From: an uncultured Planctomycetia bacterium
GTDB taxonomy: Bacteria; Planctomycetota; Planctomycetia; CAXEIY01
Direction of reading: 5' to 3'
Assembly (NCBI GenBank): GCA_963996245.1
Contig: CAXEIY010000203.1
Location: 174 to 64,173 of the forward strand
Length of the DNA: 64,000 bases
Both the position numbers and the translations under genes were made by a program. The notes beneath the pieces were generated by a model that was given only the letters and a program-made list of their open reading frames with translations, did not search any database and was not told the DNA's origin. Position 1 is the first letter of the stretch. Every line of letters begins with the position of its first letter. This document shows, one piece after another, positions 1 to 8,094 of the stretch.

Positions 1-636
1 GAAGTAGATCCATCCGTAAGTGACAACCACATTTCAGAAAACAATGCTTTAGTTGAAACTCTCCCAGAGAACCCCCAAGACACTGCTACAGAGACCTCTG
101 CCACTGAAAAGCAACCCGAACCACCATCAACTGGTTCACCAATCGGACTACCTTCTTTTTCGTTGGACTCATTCCTTGGAAAAACAGTCCCTGACACGCC
201 AAACAATCCCATAGCTGCCCCGCCAGTAACCTCGAATTCCGCTGCGAACATCCCAGACAACTCCCCGGTTACCGTCAACCAGAATGTCAACTCTACACAA
301 CTAACCCTTCCTGTGACCAAATTTGAATACATTGATTTTCCACTGGATTTGCTGATTGAAGAAGTCTCGCAGCTTGCAAAGATGGATATCGAATTTGATT
401 ACCCCGCCCTTTCGAGAATGCGCATTCCCTTCGACACACCCGTTACCTTACGCTTGGAAAATACCCGTCTCCAGGAAATCCTGAATGCCATTACTCATCC
501 CCTAAAACTGACTTATAAGATTACCGGAAGGAAGATTCTGATAACCGAAAACACGCAGGTCAAAGCCGCACCCACAGACGAAGCTTCTTCCCGTTCATCT
601 GAAAATATGGATTGCAACAGATCTCAAACGGAATAA
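1..636 (+). CDS. 3' portion of a larger gene entering from upstream of the window. It has a Pro/Thr/Glu/Ser-rich linker, then a ~90-aa C-terminal globular domain with a weak STN / secretin-N0-like pattern. Function unknown.
   Basis: Frame 1 is open from nt 1 to the TAA at 634-636 and has no ATG/GTG/TTG before nt 163. The track ORF 163..636 is therefore only the tail of a longer CDS. The C-terminal segment reads FEYIDFPLDLLIEEVSQLAKMDIEFDY...LRLENTRLQEILNAI. Confidence 0.6.
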   Translation, partial: EVDPSVSDNHISENNALVETLPENPQDTATETSATEKQPEPPSTGSPIGLPSFSLDSFLGKTVPDTPNNPIAAPPVTSNSAANIPDNSPVTVNQNVNSTQLTLPVTKFEYIDFPLDLLIEEVSQLAKMDIEFDYPALSRMRIPFDTPVTLRLENTRLQEILNAITHPLKLTYKITGRKILITENTQVKAAPTDEASSRSSENMDCNRSQTE

Positions 637-703
637 CATGCAATCGTAGTACTGGATGTACATCGGTGATTCCGGATTCTGTTGTGCCAAAAAGGAGCAT
701 TTG

Positions 704-1612
704 ATGCGGAGGCTAACTCGTACACTCATCTGGGTATTGTGCTTCGGCGCCCTCATTGTATCTACCCAGCTCAGCAGTTTTCTGAGTGCTGATTCCGGTG
801 ATGTCACCGAGCTTGCGCCGGGAGTCTTCTTCCGTGAACAGACGGAGGGATGTAACAACGGATGGATTGTTTTCAAGGATTATGTTCTGGTTGTCGATGC
901 CAATTTTCCCGAGCATGCGGCAAAGGTGGTGGAGGCCATCAAAAAGACCACAGACAAGCCCATCAAGTTCGTCTTTGATACCCATTATCATGGGGATCAT
1001 GCTTTCGGTAACGCGATCTATACCAATGATGGAGCGGTTGCCGTCGCCACAGAAACCTGCCTGCTTCAAATTCTGGAAAAAGGGCACCCTGCGTTTGAAG
1101 AAGGAAAAGCAACTCGAGAGGACTATCGCAAAACATATCTGGCTAATCCAACGGTTCTGTTCGACACCAAGATTGTTTTTGACGACGGCGACAAAAGGGT
1201 CGAATTGCTCTACAACGGTCATGCTCATACGGCCGGTGATGCCGTTGCTTACTTACCTAAGGAAAAAATCCTTTTCACCGGAGACTCGGTCGTTGACGGG
1301 CCGTTTAATTACACCGGAGACAGCAACACAGAAAGTTGGATCAAGGTCATCGACCGCTTGAAAAAGCTTGATGTTAATACTGTGGCACCCGGACATGGTG
1401 CGCTTTCCGGACCCGAGCTTCTTGATTTGCAGCAACGGTACTTCATCGAGCTGCGTGGGACGATTCAGAAATATATTGATAATGGAAAATCACTGGACGA
1501 GATTAAAGCCTCCATTGATCTTCCTTTTTATGAAAAATGGACAGGAGTCCCAGTCCGTGATCGAGTCGAAAACATCGAACACGTTTTTTCAGAACTGGGC
1601 GGTAGTGGATAA
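704..1612 (+). CDS. Secreted MBL-fold metallo-hydrolase (metallo-beta-lactamase superfamily)
   Basis: HxHxDH motif (THYHGDHAFGN), with later HAHTAGD and APGHG metal-ligand motifs. The ATG at 704 is preceded by aaaaggagc. The N-terminus MRRLTRTLIWVLCFGALIVS looks like a signal peptide. Confidence 0.85.
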   Translation: MRRLTRTLIWVLCFGALIVSTQLSSFLSADSGDVTELAPGVFFREQTEGCNNGWIVFKDYVLVVDANFPEHAAKVVEAIKKTTDKPIKFVFDTHYHGDHAFGNAIYTNDGAVAVATETCLLQILEKGHPAFEEGKATREDYRKTYLANPTVLFDTKIVFDDGDKRVELLYNGHAHTAGDAVAYLPKEKILFTGDSVVDGPFNYTGDSNTESWIKVIDRLKKLDVNTVAPGHGALSGPELLDLQQRYFIELRGTIQKYIDNGKSLDEIKASIDLPFYEKWTGVPVRDRVENIEHVFSELGGSG

Positions 1613-1810
1613 ACGGATGGACTATACATCTTCTAAGAAACATTTCCACAAAGGAGCCTCGCTGCACTAACTATCTGTCATGCAGGGACATACCAATCCT
1701 TTCGTGTACAGTCCCGTGCCAGCAACGTACCCCTGGCCTGACTGTACTTCTTCCAAAACCCGCGAAGTGCTTTCGATCTGGTAACGATTATTCAATTCAG
1801 GAGACTTCTC

Positions 1811-1909
1811 GGGAGTGTTTGCTGGTCTGGTGACCGCCGCGGGCTTCAAACCCGTTGCGGGATTCGAAAACGAGTTCCGGGTGGGTTCGATTCCCATACA
1901 CTCCCGCCA
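1811..1909 (+). tRNA. selC: tRNA-Sec (selenocysteine), anticodon UCA
   Basis: Hand-folded structure:
- 8-bp acceptor stem, GGGAGTGT (1811-1818) paired with ACACTCCC (1898-1905).
- Discriminator G and encoded CCA (1906-1909).
- Anticodon loop CTTCAAA (1844-1850), giving anticodon TCA.
- 9-bp variable stem (1858-1866 / 1871-1879) closed by an AAAA loop.
- 5-bp T stem with loop TTCGATT (1881-1897).
The 8/5 acceptor/T geometry and long variable arm are the bacterial tRNA-Sec hallmarks. Confidence 0.9.
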
Positions 1910-1917
1910 TTACTTTA
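1896..1917 (+). repeat. Proximal copy of the putative att core (3' end of tRNA-Sec plus 8 nt)
   Basis: ATACACTCCCGCCATTACTTTA aligns with 10155-10176 (ATACACACCCCCTTTTACCTAA). I counted 16 of 22 identical positions, in the same orientation. Confidence 0.5.
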
Positions 1918-2009
1918 CGCGGCTCTTCGCATCGGGCCGCAAGTACCGGCTTTTCACGTCCCCTGACCGGAACCCGAGGGGGTCTCTGTGGTCCAAAAGG
2001 TAACTGGAT

Positions 2010-2472
2010 GCGACTCCCAGCGTGCACCTGCTGCGCCTCATTTTGCGCCACTTGTGCGCCGCATTTTGCGCCACCTGCAATGGCTCGTTTGAAGTGATCT
2101 TCGGTCACTTGAAGATAATGCTTCCTTGCCACCGGCGGACTGTTGCCAATCCACTTGCACACGACATGAGGCGCGAACTGTTCGGATAATTCCGTCTGGC
2201 GGCTTGACCGTAAATTTTGAAATATGCGTGGCCATGGATTGAGTCCAGCACGTTTCACAATCCGAACACATTGTGTACGTAAGTTTCCTCCAGGTTTGCG
2301 ATGACGGGTGATCACGTGTGGCGTACCCGATTCCGCTTCTTCGAAAACAGTCTCTAAGAAGGGTCGCACCGAACCCGTTGACAATTCCGTGCGTATAGAC
2401 AATAATCCTGCTTCTGGAATTGGTCGGGCCGGAAAGTTTCAGCATCAACTCGCCATGCGTTTTACCCGACAT
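2010..2472 (-). pseudogene. Tyrosine recombinase (phage-integrase family) remnant. Only the C-terminal catalytic part survives, and it is frameshifted.
   Basis: - ORF 1797..2402(-) carries ...NLRTQCVRIVKRAGLNPWPRIFQNLRSSRQTELSEQFAPHVVCKWIGNSPPVARKHYLQVTEDHF. This is a catalytic R...HxxxW/GN...Y box with the Tyr in KHY.
- The preceding segment (SGKTHGE..SRSRIIV) sits in a different frame, in ORF 2038..2472(-).
- The ~200 N-terminal residues of a full integrase, including the first catalytic Arg box, are absent.
- The open frame has no stop until it has run antisense through the tRNA. Coordinates are approximate. Confidence 0.7.
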
Positions 2473-3249
2473 CTATGCACCGTCGCCATCCTGGCACTCT
2501 ATGTCGCCCAAATCGTGGGTGGACGGTCAATGCATCTGTGGCAGTGCTCTGCGGGTAGTCGTTCATGCTGCTGCGACCACAGTCATCATCACCACTCAGA
2601 AAACGCGGGTGGCGAACAGCATGAGCGGGATTCAGATGGCGGTAATAGGAAGCACGACCCATCCACATGCCGCGTTGATCAAGCTGAAATCAGTCGGAAA
2701 GCAGAAGCCAACGCCATGAACGTCGCTAGTTGGGGCAAGGCTTCAGCTTGCCTGTCAACACTGTCACTGTTGCTCCTCGCTGGTTGTTCCGCTGAAGATC
2801 CACGGATTGTAGCGCTGCGGAACCGGTTGTTGTTGTTGGCGGAGCCCGCTGCCGCGACGACGATCGCGGAAGCCAAAGCCGCCGTGATCGAGAAGCCGGA
2901 CGTGTTGTTTGTCGCGCGCGTCGCCGCGGACGAGCACGAGGCGTTCGTTCCAGGGCAGACTTCCTTTCTGGTAACCGAGATTTTGCCTGACGAGCATGGA
3001 CATGGCGGCAAAGACCACACAGACAACTGTCCTTTCTGCAAACGCAAGGCCGCGGAAGGCCCGCGGGCGGCCGTTCAGTTTCTCGATGCGGCAGGCGAAA
3101 CGCTCGACATCGACGGCCGCAAGTTGTTCTGCATCAACCCCGGCGACACAGTCGTGATTCGCGGCACTGGCGAGCTGATGCCCGACTTAGACCTGTTCGT
3201 CGTCACAGCCGACGGCATCTATGTGCGGCAGTCCGAAGTTGGGCATTGA
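2455..3249 (+). CDS. His/Cys-rich membrane-anchored segment in frame with a lipoprotein-like domain. This is either one fusion protein or two products using ATG 2455 and ATG 2716.
   Basis: - ATG at 2455: MRFTRHLCTVAILALYVAQIVGG (hydrophobic helix), then HLWQCSAGSRSCCCDHSHHHHSENAGGEQHERD.
- No stop codon occurs before the second ATG at 2716.
- The ORF upstream of 2455 overlaps the integrase remnant and is probably not coding. Confidence 0.5.
   Translation: MRFTRHLCTVAILALYVAQIVGGRSMHLWQCSAGSRSCCCDHSHHHHSENAGGEQHERDSDGGNRKHDPSTCRVDQAEISRKAEANAMNVASWGKASACLSTLSLLLLAGCSAEDPRIVALRNRLLLLAEPAAATTIAEAKAAVIEKPDVLFVARVAADEHEAFVPGQTSFLVTEILPDEHGHGGKDHTDNCPFCKRKAAEGPRAAVQFLDAAGETLDIDGRKLFCINPGDTVVIRGTGELMPDLDLFVVTADGIYVRQSEVGH
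2716..3249 (+). CDS. Lipoprotein with a His-rich/CxxC putative metal site (alternative internal start of the ORF above)
   Basis: MNVASWGKASACLSTLSLLLLAGC carries a lipobox (LLAGC). The sequence DEHGHGGKDHTDNCPFCKRK combines a His cluster with CxxC. Stop TGA at 3247-3249. Confidence 0.55.
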   Translation: MNVASWGKASACLSTLSLLLLAGCSAEDPRIVALRNRLLLLAEPAAATTIAEAKAAVIEKPDVLFVARVAADEHEAFVPGQTSFLVTEILPDEHGHGGKDHTDNCPFCKRKAAEGPRAAVQFLDAAGETLDIDGRKLFCINPGDTVVIRGTGELMPDLDLFVVTADGIYVRQSEVGH

Positions 3250-3270
3250 GGACGAGGAGGAGACTATGAA

Positions 3271-4566
3271 ATGAGTAGGAAACGAGCCGAATTCATAGCG
3301 CGTTCTTTTCGACGCTTGGCGGCGATCGGCAACCACGATTTCTGTCCATGGGCGAATCGTTACGTGTATTGGCTGAAGCAGCCGATTGGCTGGTTGGTTG
3401 TGGCAGCAGCGGCCGCGGCGTTGACCGCGTTGTTCCTCGAGCCTCAGGCATGGATCATCGTGGGGTCGCTGGTTGCCGTGATGCTTATGGGCGTCGTGTG
3501 GCCATGGGTGGCGATGCGAGGCGCGTCGGCGGAAATCAAGTTCGATTGCCGCCGCTGCCGCGAGGGAGATCGAGTGCAAGTGCGACTGGTGATCCACAAC
3601 CGCTGGCCGTGGCCTTTGTGGGGATTGGCGGTCGAGAACGGTTTCTTCTTGGAAGCAGCGGAAGTGGGAAACCGCCCCGTGGTGGCGCTGGCTCGAGTTC
3701 CCGGTTGGAGCCATTCCGAGTTTCGATTCGAATTCCAGCCTGATGTGCGTGGCGTCTACCCGCATGTGGTGCCCGAATTGGCAACTGGGTTCCCGTTCGG
3801 CATTTGGCGTGCCGCGCGGAAGATTTTGGTAGGGCGCGAGCTACTGGTCTGGCCCCGGACTACGCCGCTCACCTCGATCCCTTCGCTCGGCGGCGACATC
3901 GCCGACGTCATTGGAATGCTGTTTGACCGTCCGGGGAACGAGGGAGACGTAATCGGTGTCCGCCCGTTTCGGCACGGCGATCGGCTGCGCAGCATCCACT
4001 GGGCTCAAACGGCACGGCGCGAGATGCTGATCGTGACTGAAAGACAAGCGGCTGCACGGCGGTTGGTTGTCGTCGCGGTCGATGTAGCGGCCTTTGCGAA
4101 TAGCGAATCGCCACGCGGCGGCTCGCGCGGACAACTTGAAATGGCAATCCGCGTGGCGGCCAGCATTGCGCAGGAGTTCCACGCTCACCACGCCGAGGTG
4201 CGGTTCGTCATCGGCGACGTTGATTTGTGTTTGTCGCCCGACTCCGCTGGCCTTCGTTGCTTACTAGACTCGCTGGCCCGATTTCAATTCGAGCAGGGAG
4301 CGGTACGACCGCCACGCAGCTTCGGCCGCAAGGACTTGGCGGTGGTGTTGACGACCAGCCAACACCAGTCGGAGTGGGAGAACGGGGCGGGAACAGGGCG
4401 ATTTCTTCGACTAGTGCTGATCGAGACACCCGCTTCGAGCAACGGGAATACAGCTTCACAACTAAGTAGGCGAAACGTCTGGATCGCGCTCGACGCCGAC
4501 TCGGACTGCTCGCTGCAGCTTCGACACCAATGGGAGCGAGTCTGCCATGACGACTCCGTGGCGTAA
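3271..4566 (+). CDS. DUF58 domain protein (MoxR-associated, vWA-like), with two N-terminal TM helices
   Basis: DUF58 signature RPFRHGDRLRSIHWAQTARREMLIVTERQ. The ATG at 3271 is preceded by gaggaggag. The 3' end overlaps the next gene by 20 nt. Confidence 0.85.
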   Translation: MSRKRAEFIARSFRRLAAIGNHDFCPWANRYVYWLKQPIGWLVVAAAAAALTALFLEPQAWIIVGSLVAVMLMGVVWPWVAMRGASAEIKFDCRRCREGDRVQVRLVIHNRWPWPLWGLAVENGFFLEAAEVGNRPVVALARVPGWSHSEFRFEFQPDVRGVYPHVVPELATGFPFGIWRAARKILVGRELLVWPRTTPLTSIPSLGGDIADVIGMLFDRPGNEGDVIGVRPFRHGDRLRSIHWAQTARREMLIVTERQAAARRLVVVAVDVAAFANSESPRGGSRGQLEMAIRVAASIAQEFHAHHAEVRFVIGDVDLCLSPDSAGLRCLLDSLARFQFEQGAVRPPRSFGRKDLAVVLTTSQHQSEWENGAGTGRFLRLVLIETPASSNGNTASQLSRRNVWIALDADSDCSLQLRHQWERVCHDDSVA

Positions 4567-7084
4567 GCTTCCAGCTTGCGAAACAAACGTAGACGGAACA
4601 GCCGGCAAGCAGGATGCTCGCCCCACCTCGAGGCCGAATGGCTCTCCGCGATTCGATACATTGCTGCTGGCTCTGCTGGCAGGAGCCACTTTGACGGTCG
4701 CCCGGGCAAACGCGGCTTGGAATCCGACCCCCATGGCGATTCGCGCGGTTTGCGAGTTGCTGGTGACCGTGGCGGGTTCGCTGATCTTGCGTCGACTGGG
4801 CCATACGCTTCCGCAGGTGAAATGCTTCGTGGCGATTGCTGTCAGTGCGGTCGTCGTGTTTCCGTTCGCGATTGAGTTGGCAATGCGGCAGTTCGCCGGT
4901 GGCAGCGAGCCGTTCGAGATGTTGCAGTTGACAGCTCTGCAGTTGTCGGCCGTTGTGCTGGCCGTGTTCTCCCATGTGCCGCGACTGTCCGGCACGGCGG
5001 TGTTGCTGAGCAGCTTCTCGTTGCTGTTCGCAACGACGATAGCAAGCACTCCCACGCCCCTAACGCGTATGTTGGCAGGCGTCTATGGGGCGTTGGGGCT
5101 ATGGTGGCTGATGGGAGCCTACTGGGATCGGCTGGCGGGAACGTTCGTGGCTTCAAGGGTCGAGCGGCGGATTCCGGTGCGGGTTTCGGTAATCTGCGGG
5201 ACGGCGATGGTGTTGCTGCTGCTGGCGGCCCTGATCGGCACGACCGGCGGCGCGGCGATCGCCTTACCGGGCTTCATGCCGACATCCGGCGGCACGCGGT
5301 GGCACGATCCGCACGCCCGCTCCGGCGTGGACGACGGCGACGCGATGGTTGCCGCGAAGGAAGAGGCGATGAGTTTCGGGCCAGTCGAGAGCGATCTGTT
5401 TCTGGATTCTGACATGCCATCGCTGTACGACACGTTCAATGGCATGTACGGCGAACCGCCTAAGCCAAATAAGAAACAAGAACGCGCCATCGCGCTGGCG
5501 CCCAACGACGTGCAGGAAAACGAGCAGCAGATCGCCACGACCGAACGGAGCGGCCGCGAGTTTTCAGCCGTGCGGCGGAAAGTCGAACGCAAGCGTCAGA
5601 CGATCGACGATCGCAAAGCGGCGGCGATGCTGTACGTAGTGGGCCCCGTCCCGCTGCACTTGGCGCTCGAACGGTTCGATACTTTCGATGGTCGCGTATG
5701 GACGCACTCCGGCGAGCGCGAAGAAGAACAATCTATCCGTTTGGAGAGACAGAACGGTAAACCGTGGGCGTACTTGCTAGGCACCGATTCGTCGTCGATC
5801 CATCGCGGCATTGAGTCGCACGCGGTGAAGATCATCAACCTGAAGACGAATCGCTACCCTTCACCGCCGCAGTTGACGGCCGTTCATATCGATAAGTTGG
5901 ACCAGCCTGACTTTTTCGGCTGGACCAACGACGGCGTCGCCTGCATGCCCGTCCGCGATCACATTCCGCAGTTGACCGTCCTGCATCTCCGATCCCAGGG
6001 CGTCAATCTGCAATCACTTCGCGAAGCTGACTTCACGGCACGATTTCCTGCGGTCTCGAGCGAGCGTCAGGGCCACGAGCGCACCGCGGTTGATATACAG
6101 GCGGAATTGGTCGCGCGACACCTGCGCGTGCCGGCCACGAGCGGAGCAGTCTCGCAGATTGCTGCCGCATGGACGTGCGACATACCGCGTGGCTGGCGGC
6201 AAGTGGAATCAGTTGTTGAGCGGTTGCGATCCGATTTCACCCTCGATTCGCGGGCCGAGACGCCCGAAGATTGCCGGGACGTTGTGTCGCATTTTCTGCA
6301 AGCCCGGCGAGGTCCCGACTACTTGTTTGCCACGACCGCCGCGATTCTCCTGCGCGATTTGGGGTATCCGACACGTCTTGTCACCGGGTTCTATGCGGAC
6401 AGGAACCGTTATGACCATCGCGCCGGCCAGACCACTGTCCTGGCTGAAGATGTCCACGTCTGGGTGGAAGTCAAGATTGATGGTCGCACGTGGGTCCCCG
6501 TCGAACCGTCGCCTGGATACGAGCCGCCGCGCGAATCGCTCACTTGGCGGCAACACGTAGCTCAAGTGTGGGATTCGGTCTGTCAGTGGTTTGGGAGTCA
6601 TCTTGCGGTGCTAGCGCTAGCCCTGGCGGTCGCCGTGACAGGTTGGTTCACACGCATCCATTGGCTCGATGGCACGTTAACATTGGCCTTCCGGATTGCT
6701 GGAAGAATTGACTCACGGCGGCGGGTTTTATGGACCATGCGACTGCTGGAGTATCGAGCTTGGCTGGCGGGACACCGGCGGCCAAAGTGCAAAACCCTCT
6801 CGCACTGGCACGGAGCATTGGCGGACAGCCTGCCCGAGGCGACCGCGATGTGTTTGCAGTCCGCTTTGCGATCAGCTGAATCACTCCTCTACTACTCCTG
6901 CAACTCGCCGGCAAGCGCTACGCCGGCCCACGAAGTTCTGGCGGCTTGCGACGTCGTCGAAAAACGGGTCGGAACGCGATGCTTTCGACACGCCTTCGAC
7001 GATGGCAATTGCAGAGGAGCCCCAAGGTATACCGCTCCGTTGCTCGGCCTGGCGTCAGGACAGAAAGACACTCACTGTGAATAA
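4547..7084 (+). CDS. Multi-TM transglutaminase-like protein (DUF3488/Transglut_core architecture) with a non-canonical catalytic triad
   Basis: - The N-terminal ~250 aa are strongly hydrophobic.
- The core reads RRGPDYLFATTAAILLRDLGYPTRLVTGFY...DVHVWVEVKIDGRTWVPVEPSPGY. This matches the G-x-C-x-x-FA...R..G.P.R.V.G...H.W.E....W...DP pattern, but with Asp and Glu at the Cys and Asp positions.
- Two further TM helices follow. Confidence 0.8.
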   Translation: MTTPWRKLPACETNVDGTAGKQDARPTSRPNGSPRFDTLLLALLAGATLTVARANAAWNPTPMAIRAVCELLVTVAGSLILRRLGHTLPQVKCFVAIAVSAVVVFPFAIELAMRQFAGGSEPFEMLQLTALQLSAVVLAVFSHVPRLSGTAVLLSSFSLLFATTIASTPTPLTRMLAGVYGALGLWWLMGAYWDRLAGTFVASRVERRIPVRVSVICGTAMVLLLLAALIGTTGGAAIALPGFMPTSGGTRWHDPHARSGVDDGDAMVAAKEEAMSFGPVESDLFLDSDMPSLYDTFNGMYGEPPKPNKKQERAIALAPNDVQENEQQIATTERSGREFSAVRRKVERKRQTIDDRKAAAMLYVVGPVPLHLALERFDTFDGRVWTHSGEREEEQSIRLERQNGKPWAYLLGTDSSSIHRGIESHAVKIINLKTNRYPSPPQLTAVHIDKLDQPDFFGWTNDGVACMPVRDHIPQLTVLHLRSQGVNLQSLREADFTARFPAVSSERQGHERTAVDIQAELVARHLRVPATSGAVSQIAAAWTCDIPRGWRQVESVVERLRSDFTLDSRAETPEDCRDVVSHFLQARRGPDYLFATTAAILLRDLGYPTRLVTGFYADRNRYDHRAGQTTVLAEDVHVWVEVKIDGRTWVPVEPSPGYEPPRESLTWRQHVAQVWDSVCQWFGSHLAVLALALAVAVTGWFTRIHWLDGTLTLAFRIAGRIDSRRRVLWTMRLLEYRAWLAGHRRPKCKTLSHWHGALADSLPEATAMCLQSALRSAESLLYYSCNSPASATPAHEVLAACDVVEKRVGTRCFRHAFDDGNCRGAPRYTAPLLGLASGQKDTHCE

Positions 7085-7094
7085 CATCAACGAC

Positions 7095-8048
7095 ATGATT
7101 GAAACTTCCTCTGAGACTCAGTGCCGCCACCAATCGACCATCGATGGTCTACGGTCGGCGCTAAGCCAAGCGCTCATCGGCAAGGACGACATTGTCGAAA
7201 GCGTCCTGGCCTGCTTGCTGGCTCGCGGGCACTTGTTGTTCGACGACTTGCCGGGACTGGGAAAGACGACGTTGGCCAAGGCTGTCGCCCACGCGGTCGG
7301 GGGCCATTTCGCGCGCGTCCAATGCACACCCGACTTGCTGCCGACAGACATCACCGGCTTCAACATGTTCGACCAGAAGACACACGAGTTCGAATTTCGT
7401 CGTGGTCCGGTGTTTTCGGATGTGCTGTTGGCGGACGAGATCAATCGCGCCACGCCGCGGACCCAAAGTGCTTTGTTCGAAGCGATGGCCGAACGACAGG
7501 TGACCATCGACAACCAAACGTATCCACTCAACCAGACTTTCTTTGTGATCGCGACACAGAACCCTGTCGAAAGCCACGGCGCTTACCCCCTGCCGGAAGC
7601 GCAGCTTGACCGGTTCGCCACGAAGTTGCGGATCGGCTACCCGGATCGCCGCAGCGAGGTCGATATGCTGGCAGCGAACATCGGGTCGGCCGATGGCGTG
7701 CGGACGAAGACGGAACCCGTGATCTGCCCGAGCCAATTGTGCCAGCTTCAGGAACACGTTGCCAAGGTCACGTTTACGGAACAAGTGCTCGAGTATCTGG
7801 TCGACTTGGGCCAAGCGACGCGGGAGCACAAAGAGGTCACGCTGGGACTCAGTCCGCGCGGGTTGATTACCTGGCAGCGGATTGCGCAAGCCCGCGCTCA
7901 CTTGCGAGGCCGTGACTTTGTCACGCCCGATGACATCCAGGACGTCGCTGGCCCGGTACTTGACGTTCGATTGGCCGGCGACTTCGACGCCGTGCCGCGG
8001 ATTGTCGAAGAAATCCTGGCCGCCGTCGAGGTACCCACGTTTCGCTGA
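7095..8048 (+). CDS. MoxR-family AAA+ ATPase
   Basis: IGKDDIVESVLACLLARGHLLFDDLPGLGKTTLAKAV (Walker A), VLLADEINRATPRTQSALFEAMAE (Walker B/sensor) and FVIATQNP. The ATG at 7095 lies 10 nt after the previous stop. The long upstream part of track ORF 6696..8048 overlaps the TGase gene and is not used. Confidence 0.9.
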   Translation: MIETSSETQCRHQSTIDGLRSALSQALIGKDDIVESVLACLLARGHLLFDDLPGLGKTTLAKAVAHAVGGHFARVQCTPDLLPTDITGFNMFDQKTHEFEFRRGPVFSDVLLADEINRATPRTQSALFEAMAERQVTIDNQTYPLNQTFFVIATQNPVESHGAYPLPEAQLDRFATKLRIGYPDRRSEVDMLAANIGSADGVRTKTEPVICPSQLCQLQEHVAKVTFTEQVLEYLVDLGQATREHKEVTLGLSPRGLITWQRIAQARAHLRGRDFVTPDDIQDVAGPVLDVRLAGDFDAVPRIVEEILAAVEVPTFR

Positions 8049-8094
8049 GTGAGTGCTTACACCGCGAGAGTTTACCTTTAGCAAAGATTTCAAT

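Noticed and set aside
2030-2085. Short direct repeats ATTTTGCGCC ... GTGCGCC ... ATTTTGCGCC.
   Set aside because: They lie inside the integrase-remnant reading frame and simply encode an Ala/Gln-rich tail (GAKCGAQVAQNEAQ). They are not a repeat element or an array.
1667-2097. ORFs 1667..1897(-), 1815..2003(+) and 1855..2097(+), which cover the tRNA-Sec gene and its flank.
   Set aside because: Peptides of the 'MGIEPT...' type are translation artefacts of tRNA T-arm sequence, and the region is explained by tRNA-Sec plus the integrase remnant. The same applies to 37794..38186(+) over tRNA-Gly and to 57363..57551(-) and 57409..57681(+) over tRNA-Ser.
3187-8093. Many long ORFs on the minus strand and in alternative plus frames inside the island. 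Examples are 3187..3765(-), 4208..4975(-), 4462..5055(-), 5119..5592(-), 7161..8093(-), 7121..7609(+) and 8608..9153(+).
   Set aside because: They overlap well-supported plus-strand genes (DUF58, TGase-like, MoxR, permease). Their translations are Arg/Pro/Gly-rich and low-complexity, and they have no family motifs. These are typical shadow ORFs of GC-rich DNA.
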